Source: a virus (lineage: Duplodnaviria > Caudoviricetes). Taken from it: DNA of 56,542 nt. This document shows, piece after piece, positions 36,118-45,200 of this stretch (position 1 is its first letter; the number at the start of each line of letters is the position of its first letter). The stretch is taken from the IMG/VR virus record IMGVR_UViG_3300008952_002040, positions 1 through 56,542 of that record. One strand, written 5' to 3'. The notes beneath the pieces are model-generated. The model searched no databases, had not been told where the DNA came from, and saw nothing but the letters and a program-made list of their open reading frames with translations. The position numbers and the translations under genes are program-made.

Positions 36118-36773
36118 TTCTTAATTCCAAATGACATATATCTTTCATGGTCTCCTATAGAAGTAGGCCATGGTTTTGTCCAAGAAACATATTCATCAAA
36201 GTGCCAATGGTATCTATTATTAAATTCTTCTTCTGATTCCGAACAATTTATATGTTCTTGCAAACCAAAGAAATTATTACTTTGAAAAACAAATATAGTT
36301 CCAGACTCAGCTATATCTATTGTATAATTTACTGTTTCTTGTTCCATATGTTCTGTTGATGTATTTATAATTATATCATAAGATGAACTTGATACTCCAT
36401 CAGAACTTGCCGGCTTTCCTATCATCCAGTTGGCCACATCCTCTTCAAAAAATTTTAAAATATCTTTATTATTAAAGGTCCGACCGACCTTTTTTGCCAT
36501 ATAATCTATGTCGAAAGAATCTATTTGTTTTATTTCAACTCCTAAGTCCTCTATAAGAATATGGGCTAATAAACCATACCATCCACCTAACAAAGCAATG
36601 TTATAGGAACCTTCACGTTTACCATGTTTATAAAGATACAAGTTAAGTTCTTCTGCTAACCACATCTTACTCGACCATTGTGTTTCATTACAACTATTAA
36701 GAAAATCTAATGTTCGGCCCGGATATTTTCTTATTAATGTTTGTAACATTGCTGCATTTTCAAAATCAATCAT
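36114..36773 (-). CDS. Class I SAM-dependent methyltransferase-like protein
   Basis: Q..SK.WL, IALLGGWYG, SFDID, DIIINTSTEHM, FQSNN....EHINC. Start set at ATG 36773. Confidence 0.75.
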   Translation of the reverse strand: MIDFENAAMLQTLIRKYPGRTLDFLNSCNETQWSSKMWLAEELNLYLYKHGKREGSYNIALLGGWYGLLAHILIEDLGVEIKQIDSFDIDYMAKKVGRTFNNKDILKFFEEDVANWMIGKPASSDGVSSSSYDIIINTSTEHMEQETVNYTIDIAESGTIFVFQSNNFFGLQEHINCSESEEEFNNRYHWHFDEYVSWTKPWPTSIGDHERYMSFGIKK

Positions 36774-37356
36774 AACGTTGGTTCCATAAAAAGATAGAAG
36801 CTTCATCTACCCATTCTTCTTGTTGCCAACTAGCAACATAAGTATCTTTTAAAAGTTTATATGATATATTTTCATTATAGATAAATCTATCTATACCTTC
36901 ATACAGACGCAAATGAGTATCACGGTTGGATAAGAAATATTTAAAGATAGACCTAGAATCATTCCATCTCATAAAAGAACTATTAACTCTAGAATCATTA
37001 TTTAATCTAAAACGAAAAATGCTTTTATCCAAATCATCACGTTTAGCTTTCCATCTAGATGCATCTATCAGTGTTAATTCTTGAAAATCTGTAAACAAGA
37101 AATCTATATTCTTTTTTATCTCAACATCTAAATCAAAAAAAATAGACGGGCCAGTAAATTCAAAAAGGGCTAGTTTATGCCATACACCTCTCAAGTAAGG
37201 ATACCTAACAGGTATGTCATAATCTTCTTCTGGTTGGTCGGTATAACACCAAAATTTTATATCTAATGTAGTATTAGATTCTACGTTATCTTTTAAACGT
37301 GTTACAAAATCTCGGTTGTACTTATCACCCCACTTAACACAATAAACATTATACAT
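36766..37356 (-). CDS. Glycosyltransferase-like protein (GT-A fold)
   Basis: VYCVKWGDKY...V..L...V, F.CYTD, W.KL.LF, FFDLDV.I, NSS.M.W, GIDRFI. Confidence 0.78.
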   Translation of the reverse strand: MYNVYCVKWGDKYNRDFVTRLKDNVESNTTLDIKFWCYTDQPEEDYDIPVRYPYLRGVWHKLALFEFTGPSIFFDLDVEIKKNIDFLFTDFQELTLIDASRWKAKRDDLDKSIFRFRLNNDSRVNSSFMRWNDSRSIFKYFLSNRDTHLRLYEGIDRFIYNENISYKLLKDTYVASWQQEEWVDEASIFLWNQRYD

Positions 37357-38563
37357 TCAATTTATCAAATTCGGCAAGCACTTTAAGTTTGGTTGGAGCT
37401 TTTCTGATTTTGGATTTTTGTTCTTTATTTTTATTCTTCTTCACTTCTTCCATTTCAAAAATAGCTAATTTTAATTTAAACAATTCTTCTTTAGCAGCTT
37501 CAGATTCATTATCCATAACAACTTCTAAAAGATTAGAATCAATTTTTTTATGTGAAGCTAAAGCAGCAACAGTATTACTTTCAATTATATTTTTAACAAT
37601 TTCTCCAGCAATATCTTTCTGTTCTTGACCTTCTATTAATTTGTGAGTGGTTCTATATAAAAGGTCATTTATGTAATTAGGATAATTAAAACCAATATTC
37701 TCTTTTAAATTTTTTGTTTGTGTTTGTAATTCTTCATAATGATCTATCATTTGCCGGTATTGCTTATCTATATCCTCTTTAGATAATTCTTTATCAACAT
37801 TGAAAGACTCTTTAAATTTTTGAGCTTGTTCTGTTAAATATGCTTCAAAATTTAAAGCCACCTTTTCTAAATCAGCTAAAGTTTTTTCATGCTCACTTTC
37901 TATATCTTTTTTGATCGCTGTAGCGGCCTGCCTGGATGCTTCAGCTTCATCCCAAGATGCCTTTAGTTTTTCTTCAACATCTTGAGAATTTTTCCAAGAA
38001 GCTTCAGCTTGCTCAAAAAGTTTTTTGGAGTTATCTTCACTTACCTTCACTTCATCCCAAGCACGTTTTAATTTAACTTCAGTTTTTTTAGCTTCTTCCC
38101 AAGACGTATCAGCTTTTTTCCACAGCTTCTCTAATTCTTTACGTTGTTTTTCCAATTCTTTACGTTGTTTTTCCAATAGGACGTGTTGTTCTTCAAGAGA
38201 TCCGCCATATTTCTTTTCATATTCTTCTTCTCTTTCTTTAAACCAAGATTCTCTAAAAGATTTAAGCTCTTCTTCTATTTTCTCTTTTCGATTTTTTAAT
38301 TCTACTTCCAGGTATTCAGACACAGCTGAATTAAGAGCATTACCATATACTTTAGATTGTTTTTTATGTCGTTGTTTGGTATTCTTTTCGATTTGGTCTA
38401 GACTAATTTCATCAAGCAAATCTTTAAAATCTGGATGGTCAAAATCAACGAAAAGAGCATGAGATTGGTGTACATCTGAATCTTGAGAATATATAATTTC
38501 TATTAAGCTTTTATCGGGCTTAATATAATAAGCATCTTCAATTTTGCCAGTAAATATGGCCAT
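37349..38563 (-). CDS. Coiled-coil protein (404 aa), unknown function
   Basis: E/K-rich heptads; tandem LEKQRKE; AGGAG RBS; first gene of the glycosyltransferase run. Confidence 0.78.
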   Translation of the reverse strand: MAIFTGKIEDAYYIKPDKSLIEIIYSQDSDVHQSHALFVDFDHPDFKDLLDEISLDQIEKNTKQRHKKQSKVYGNALNSAVSEYLEVELKNRKEKIEEELKSFRESWFKEREEEYEKKYGGSLEEQHVLLEKQRKELEKQRKELEKLWKKADTSWEEAKKTEVKLKRAWDEVKVSEDNSKKLFEQAEASWKNSQDVEEKLKASWDEAEASRQAATAIKKDIESEHEKTLADLEKVALNFEAYLTEQAQKFKESFNVDKELSKEDIDKQYRQMIDHYEELQTQTKNLKENIGFNYPNYINDLLYRTTHKLIEGQEQKDIAGEIVKNIIESNTVAALASHKKIDSNLLEVVMDNESEAAKEELFKLKLAIFEMEEVKKNKNKEQKSKIRKAPTKLKVLAEFDKLNV

Positions 38564-38589
38564 AATAATTTTCTCCTAATAATATATAT

Positions 38590-39669
38590 TTAAAATTTAA
38601 TAATTTTCAATGTATAATCGCCTATTGCAGTTTCTGTTCCTGCTGGAAATATTTGAGCTCGATAATCATCAGGCCCAACCTGTAACGTATTATAACTAGA
38701 TGAATCTAATTTGGTATTAATCATCGTTGAGCCTCTTGCCACTCCTCCTGAGGCAGGATTAATTTCATATGTTATTTTATACCCATTCGTATCATTAACA
38801 GCACACCATCTAACTAGCTCAGACAATATAGTTTCCCAATCTACACTATCATAATCCTGTATATCTACAAACCCAGGAGCTAAATCTACAGCATATACTG
38901 GAATTTCTGCGCTTGCTGGAGGTGTTCCTGTCTGATCTATAGTCCACAAATAATAATCTACACTAGATGCATCAGGCTGATCTTGAGTTTCTGGGATACC
39001 AGAAGCGGTATATGCAGCTGCATCCGCTATTGTATTTCGGAATATTGGAGACGCTGATACAATTGTACTTCCTACTATACTTGAACTTGTAGTGCTAACA
39101 AAATGTGTACCTTGTTGCTCGTCTGTTGTTGTAGCAGCTGTTAGTTTATCAATTGCTGGATATATAAAGGTATCTAACATATCTTGCTGTGACATAGCTT
39201 GTAAAGATGGATGAGAATCTTCTTCTAATCTTACTACACCACCATCTTCCAATAATACATAATCACCAGTATCCTCTAATAGAATTTTATTTAAACCATC
39301 ATGGAAATAAACAGGAAATCTTAAATTATCAGTATCAGCAACACCACCAAGGGTAGCTGTATTTAAATTCATAGTTTCATAAGTTACAGTCACATCCGAA
39401 ACTGGATCACAGCTGCCCGCTGGAATAAAAGAACTACTATGTGTATTCCCGGCTCCGGCTTGCACTCGGGTGTCTTCCATCCCGCCTGGTAGGAAGGTAC
39501 CTCCTGAACCAACTACGGTCAAACTAACAGATGGGTTTCCAGCCCATGCCATTAAAACTTGGTAAATTAACCAATCTATTTGTGTTGAATTAAATTCTTT
39601 AACATTGTTTGCGCCTTCGATTCCACCCAAATCTGTAAGATCACGAAACAGCGGCGTTCTGATAGCCAT
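38590..39669 (-). CDS. Putative virion structural protein (359 aa)
   Basis: Acidic, T/S-rich; contains KILLEDTGDYVLLEDGGVVRLEED; GAGGA RBS. Confidence 0.7.
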   Translation of the reverse strand: MAIRTPLFRDLTDLGGIEGANNVKEFNSTQIDWLIYQVLMAWAGNPSVSLTVVGSGGTFLPGGMEDTRVQAGAGNTHSSSFIPAGSCDPVSDVTVTYETMNLNTATLGGVADTDNLRFPVYFHDGLNKILLEDTGDYVLLEDGGVVRLEEDSHPSLQAMSQQDMLDTFIYPAIDKLTAATTTDEQQGTHFVSTTSSSIVGSTIVSASPIFRNTIADAAAYTASGIPETQDQPDASSVDYYLWTIDQTGTPPASAEIPVYAVDLAPGFVDIQDYDSVDWETILSELVRWCAVNDTNGYKITYEINPASGGVARGSTMINTKLDSSSYNTLQVGPDDYRAQIFPAGTETAIGDYTLKIIKF

Positions 39670-39683
39670 TATAAAAAATTCCT

Positions 39684-40349
39684 CTATACGCTTGAACCAT
39701 ACAATGTAAATAACTGAGTTCCGGAAGAATCAGATATAACCAAAGCATTAGCATTATTTAATTTTGTTTTATCAACTGCATCATCCACAAACATGCCTTG
39801 ATAAACCTGTGTTGCTGTTATCGTTCCAGCTGTAAAAGCGCCTAATACCGTATTTGATGGTATGTCTTGCATCATATCATATGTTACTGCATCAATTTTA
39901 ATATTATTCGATCCTGCTTTGTTTTCTACGTCACCATACAAAGTAGGATCAAGTGCACCAATAAAACCACTATGAGTCACTTTTTTAACTTCATTCGTAC
40001 CGCCTGTATCAGTGCATACCATTGTATCAGCTGAAGCTGCTGTTGTTGGCAATTCTGGGTGCTCCGTAATCATCGCCTCACTAAATTGCGGCCAGGATGT
40101 TAAAGTATTTAAGTATATAATATATGCATTGCCAGCAAGTGAGGTAGTTAATGTGATACTATTATCAGCACTATTATAAGAATAATCACCAATAGGAACA
40201 AAATGTCTATTAACAATAATTAAAATATCATAAAAGTGTCTTATAGGATAATTTAAAGATATGGTATTAGTGCTACCAGTAGAAAAAAATGGTTGTCTGT
40301 GTATTAAACCATATTGGGGGCTATTACCAAGATAAGCATCACCGGCCAT
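39684..40349 (-). CDS. Short fibre-like protein (221 aa), paralog of 40349..41035
   Basis: N-terminal YLGNSPQYG; DPTL.GDV, D.VTYD.MQD...N.VLGA..AGT shared with its neighbour. Confidence 0.75.
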   Translation of the reverse strand: MAGDAYLGNSPQYGLIHRQPFFSTGSTNTISLNYPIRHFYDILIIVNRHFVPIGDYSYNSADNSITLTTSLAGNAYIIYLNTLTSWPQFSEAMITEHPELPTTAASADTMVCTDTGGTNEVKKVTHSGFIGALDPTLYGDVENKAGSNNIKIDAVTYDMMQDIPSNTVLGAFTAGTITATQVYQGMFVDDAVDKTKLNNANALVISDSSGTQLFTLYGSSV

Positions 40350-41035
40350 TATACCCCCGCTCCAAATATAGTTTTAACTGTAGTACCTACAGAATTTTTT
40401 ATATCTAATCTCACAACAGATCCCAATTGATTAGACCCTACAGCATCATTTGCAATCATATCGGTGACTACTTGTGTCTCTGTTACTGTTCCTGCTGATA
40501 CTGCACCTAGTACCCGATTGTCTGTTACGGTGTCTTGCATCTTGTCATATGTTACAGAATCGGGTTGAATAACAGTAGCTAAAAGTGTTCCGGCAACATC
40601 ACCTGCTAATGTGGGATCAAATGCAGCTTCTATATTTGCAAAGGATATTCGTTTTAATTTTGTTTCAGAATTATCATAAATTACAAATTCATCAGCTGCT
40701 ACTGGAGCTGATAATAATGGCAAACTTGTAATGTGGCTTGTAGAAAATCTGGGGCCTGTTATTTTATGCCCCAACCAAATAATCCAAGCATCACCTGAAC
40801 CTGTAGCTGTAATTGTTAAAGTTGTTCCAAGAGAATCTAATGTATAGTCACTAACAGGATCTAATACCACACCTCCGGAGCCAGGTGTAACAATAATAAA
40901 AATTAAAAGTTGTTGAGGATCACCAGCTGCATAATCTAAAGCTACTGTTTGTGAACCTGTTCCAGTCGCTGTAAACTCCTGTCTTTGAAAAATACCGTAT
41001 GTCGGTGATTTTCCTATATAACTTTCTGTTGACAT
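40349..41035 (-). CDS. Short fibre-like protein (228 aa)
   Basis: N-terminal YIGKSPTYG; DPTLAGDV, DSVTYDKMQD, MIANDAV. Confidence 0.75.
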   Translation of the reverse strand: MSTESYIGKSPTYGIFQRQEFTATGTGSQTVALDYAAGDPQQLLIFIIVTPGSGGVVLDPVSDYTLDSLGTTLTITATGSGDAWIIWLGHKITGPRFSTSHITSLPLLSAPVAADEFVIYDNSETKLKRISFANIEAAFDPTLAGDVAGTLLATVIQPDSVTYDKMQDTVTDNRVLGAVSAGTVTETQVVTDMIANDAVGSNQLGSVVRLDIKNSVGTTVKTIFGAGV

Positions 41036-41038
41036 AAT

Positions 41039-41284
41039 TTATTCAATACTAACATATGAACCATGGAGATCAACCCATGTACCATTAGCATACCCTTGAA
41101 ATGTGTGTGTTGTACTATTGTAAATTATCCAACCATTACTTGGAGTTAAAGCATCCCTTTCAGCTGTACTCATTGCTCCAGCAGCAATTGGCCCAGATAA
41201 TTTCTCAACCGTAACGGTACCGTCCTCTAGAACTGAGGTTGGGTCTCTGTGAGCTGGTCCATTACCTACATATCCAGCTGGCAT
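41039..41284 (-). CDS. Small fibre-associated protein (81 aa)
   Basis: YVGNGP N-terminus; MSTAERDALT..NG.IIYNSTT..FQGY.NG.W fibre module. Confidence 0.75.
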   Translation of the reverse strand: MPAGYVGNGPAHRDPTSVLEDGTVTVEKLSGPIAAGAMSTAERDALTPSNGWIIYNSTTHTFQGYANGTWVDLHGSYVSIE

Positions 41285-41622
41285 TAGTTAACGTCCTCTA
41301 ATAGAGAGCAAATTACATCAGCTGAAGATGCTACACTAGCTGCCACTTTAAGCACATCACCAGTTTCTAATACTATTTTTTGTCCTGATACTGCTTTTAA
41401 AGTGCCGCCAACCGGAACAGGAGCTTTTTTAACCAAATATACCTCAGTTGCGCCAGAGGTTAAAGTTGCACTAACTGTAATATCATCTGTAGCATGAGTG
41501 TTTGCTATATCTAATTCTAAAAGAACAGTTGCCATTGCTGCAGGAGTTGTATATAGTGTTGTAAAAACTCCTGAGTCTATAGCTATATCCTTAGCTATTT
41601 CATTTTTAAAATCATTTGCCAT
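41284..41622 (-). CDS. 112-aa beta-rich virion protein
   Basis: MANDFKN, LYTTPA, YLVKKAPVPVGG.L...GQKIVLETGD.LKV...ADV..SLLE. Confidence 0.78.
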   Translation of the reverse strand: MANDFKNEIAKDIAIDSGVFTTLYTTPAAMATVLLELDIANTHATDDITVSATLTSGATEVYLVKKAPVPVGGTLKAVSGQKIVLETGDVLKVAASVASSADVICSLLEDVN

Positions 41623-41631
41623 ATCTTTATC

Positions 41632-41826
41632 CTATCCTAAAGCCACCGCCAAAGCGATAGATCCTTTTCTTTCTATTTTTGAATTTATTCCTTCTACTAA
41701 ATCAGTAGGCGTTCCTGAAAAAGGAGCATTTAAATCTCCAATATCACCAACATCCTCGGCTGTTAAATTATAACTATCTTTCCATTGTGCTAAAGTAGCT
41801 GAATCTGGTACGTTTCTATCTGCCAT
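41632..41826 (-). CDS. 64-aa virion adaptor-like protein ending in ALAVALG
   Basis: MADRNV...YN.TA.DVGDIGDLN...TPTDLVE; paralog of 41833..42042. Confidence 0.75.
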   Translation of the reverse strand: MADRNVPDSATLAQWKDSYNLTAEDVGDIGDLNAPFSGTPTDLVEGINSKIERKGSIALAVALG

Positions 41827-41832
41827 TATTCT

Positions 41833-42042
41833 TTATTCCACATCATTAGTCATTATGAAAATCCATTTTAGATTTTCTTTTCTGCCCATTTTAGTTCTAA
41901 CTGCTTCTACTATGTCCGTAGGTGTAGTATTATAAAGATATTTATTTAAATCTCCAATATCACCTATGTCTTGAGCTGTAGCGTTATAAGTATGAGCAAA
42001 CTCTTGTACCGTATTAGTTTTTGTAATATTCCTATCTGCCAT
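41833..42042 (-). CDS. 69-aa paralog of 41632..41826
   Basis: MADRNI...YNATAQDIGDIGDLN...TPTDIVE; start set at ATG 42042 (GAGGTG upstream). Confidence 0.75.
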   Translation of the reverse strand: MADRNITKTNTVQEFAHTYNATAQDIGDIGDLNKYLYNTTPTDIVEAVRTKMGRKENLKWIFIMTNDVE

Positions 42043-42268
42043 CATCGGCACCTCTATCTACAAGAGTTACTAATAAATTTTTAATTTCCGTTAGTTCTGT
42101 TTTTATACTATTTATCTCTCTATCCTGTTCTTCTATTTTTTCTTTCTGTTCTTTAAAATTTTGATGCCTTCTCTTAACAGCATTATACGCTTCTAAATTA
42201 TTAGATAAAACAGCGCCTGAAAATTTATCTTTAATTAAATCAGGATAACCTTTTATTTTTTGGTCCAT
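42032..42268 (-). CDS. Conserved small coiled-coil protein downstream of the DUF4815/VrlC-like gene
   Basis: KIKGYPDLIKD..SGAV.SN...Y followed by the heptad EINSIKTELTEIKNLL; this motif and position recur in T4-like marine phages. Confidence 0.78.
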   Translation of the reverse strand: MDQKIKGYPDLIKDKFSGAVLSNNLEAYNAVKRRHQNFKEQKEKIEEQDREINSIKTELTEIKNLLVTLVDRGADDGR

Positions 42269-42269
42269 A

Positions 42270-45200
42270 TTATACTGCCAAAGCTAATGCTCTAAATTGT
42301 CGTATTAATGGAGGCTTAGCTGTATTCAATGTTTGCAATACAATCTTCACAGCAAAGGATGAAAAATCTTCCAATGGTAATGTTGTTGTAGCTATATCAT
42401 CATTGTTACCTGCTGTAAATTCATATTCTCTAAAATCATTCATAGAACTTGATATCGGCACAGTCACATCGGGATTACCTGTATCATTAAAAGGCACCCA
42501 ACCAATATCTTCAAAGTCTTCCTCAGAATTTGACCGTCTAATTTTATAATAGACTTTTAACCCAGCTTCGGATTGCACTGATGCATCAAACATAACTTTA
42601 ATTGCTGTGCTTGCTTGTCTCAAACTAATTTCTTTAGTCATATATATTGCTGTATTACTATCACCTTCTGGAGCAGTAGAATCTTTAAAAATATTGGCCG
42701 TTAAAGCACCAACATCAGAACTATCAGCTATTTTATTAATTCTATTAGCAATAGCTATAACACCAGATTGACCTTTACCAACATCTATAACCGGTGACAT
42801 TTCATTTCTACTTGAATTTAATTCTGCTGAAAACCTCAATGATTTCTTGCCCGCCAATTCATTAGCTTCATTAATAGGTGAAGCTATAATATGAGGCTTA
42901 GTAAAATTATAATTTTCATATAAAGGAAACTGAAACTTATCAGCATTATTAATTCTAAGATAAGAAGTCTGGGAAAATGCGCCTGAATCTGGAGATCCCA
43001 AAGTTTTACCAGAAGTTACTTGTGCATATGTATCTACGCTGGTAGCTGGATTATCTAAAATTCTAATCTTTGCATATAATGTATCATAAGGTACATTCTT
43101 TGTTATTAGTGCATTACTACCACCAGCCGACATTGTTCTTGTAGGCGGTGATGAAATCGGAATATCAAAACTATCAATTTCCATTCCGGTAATAGCTGTA
43201 TGTGTTTTATTAATTTCAGTTAGTGGTACTCCATTGAGAACATAACATTGAACAATACTATTATCACCATGTGTAGCTGCTGTAGTGCCATCTTGTCCGC
43301 GAACACAACCAGTTAAGTCATTGCCTGACACACCACTATAAGATATAATCTCATCATCAATTTTAATCCAACCTGTTGTTGGGAAATTAGTAGAAGATGT
43401 TAATGTAATGGTTGTATCTGCCGCTGTCAATGTGGCACCTTCATTTAATGTAGTATCTGATATTTCTGAATGTACATCCTTAATGATAACGTTGTTTATA
43501 GTATCATACATGCCGTGACCAAACATTTTAACTTTAGCTTTATTAGGTACAGCAGTATCAAATACAATCGGGTTTTTCTTTAAGTATCTTGTAGATCCAT
43601 CAGATTGTGGTACAAACCCTTCACTTCTTCCTAAAGGCTGATTAACCAGATATAAATTGCCGGTTTTACTTATATCAAATGAAGCTCTATAAAGTTGGAA
43701 TTTTAAATCTTCATACTGAGAAGCTGTCCATGTAGAAGCATTCTGCGATTTAAATAATGACCCCAAATATGGCTGTTCACTAATAGCTGAAGTTCCTCCA
43801 ACATCAATTTCCCCTAGTCTTGAAATCCAGACTTTATAATCCAAAGAAGCGCTAATTAATACTATACAATATTCTTGATTAGCATCTAGCTGCTGAGGCC
43901 ATTCAAAGGTAAATGTTGTGGGTAAAGAAGCATCACTGGAAACATTTACTTCTGAAGCTTCAAGAGTAATTTGGCTTCCAGGCATAGCTGTATCCGTTGG
44001 ATATCCATTTACTACTGTACGCAATTCACAACGAACTGGCGCTGGGGCTGCCGTTGTATCCTTTTCTCCAAAGAATACATCCACCTTAGTAGCAAAAACA
44101 CCATGTGGAAATTGTGGTTCTTGAATCATAATTGTTTGAGCAAGAGGATCAAACCATCCATGGAATCTTTCACCGGTTACTGTTGCGGTATCTGTATCTG
44201 TATCTGTATCTCTATCAGACGAACTTAAATTGGGATTGTCAGTAGAATCTCTTTTTTCAAACAAAGTATCATCTCTAATAACTCTTCCCTGTCGTAAGGA
44301 ATTTATCCTTTCTTGCTTAATTTGCTGTTGACCAAATGCATGATAAATTCCTTCTGCTGCAGTATCAATAGTCCCAACTATTTTACTATTAGTGTCACTA
44401 TCAGTTAATCTAAAAATTCCATCTCCAATCGGGAATCTCAAACCAGTTTCATTAGGAATAGTAAACGTACACTGTAATTGCCCCAATGAATCTGTTACCA
44501 ATGGCATCCCTCTAACCCCACTTGTAACTGTAGGCCACTGTAATACACCATTACTATCTGTGTATTGGGCATGATCTCGTACGGTGGTACCGTCAGCTCC
44601 CCGCTCACTAATCGTAAATGTTGTTCCTGTTTTAGCCGTATATATCATTTTTTCAGAAGTGACTAACATAGTGCCATTAATATCGGTCCACCTATATTGG
44701 TCATTTGAGCCCGGAGCTAAATCACCTGGATCAAAAGTTCTATCTGGCGAAACTGGATCTACCGCTCGGCTTATTGTTAATGCTCCCGGAGCATTAGGAA
44801 AACCTTGCGTATTACTTACCGTAACTGTTGTAGCTATTTTATCTATAGCAGATACTAAAGGACTATTAGCTACAGAAATACCAGACGGCCTTACATGATT
44901 ACCTACATCTCTATTATTAAAAAATGCATAAACTTGTGTGTTAGGTTTCATACCAGTAACAGTTATTTCCACATCACGCTGACGCATCCATGGAATAATT
45001 TCCATTGTAGTTTCATCACCAGTGCTTCTATTTTGTCGGAATTCTTCTAAATCAAATTGCGTACCTGTTCTAGATTGCTCTAAAGAAACTGTACCTGAGA
45101 CAGTATTTTCTACTGTAGTTGTCAATGTGGTTTCAATTTCCTCAAATCTCATCCGGCCGGGACGCCCAGATCGGTCTACGATAATTCGATCATCATTCCT

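Noticed and set aside
36362-36369. Intragenic TATAAATA on the minus strand inside the methyltransferase gene
   Set aside because: About 245 nt from the next start, and chance 8-mers are expected in such AT-rich DNA.
44187-44210. (GTATCT)n short tandem repeat encoding DTDTDT in the 2332-aa protein
   Set aside because: In-frame 6-nt unit in a low-complexity linker; copy changes would not shift the frame, so it is not a phase-variation switch.
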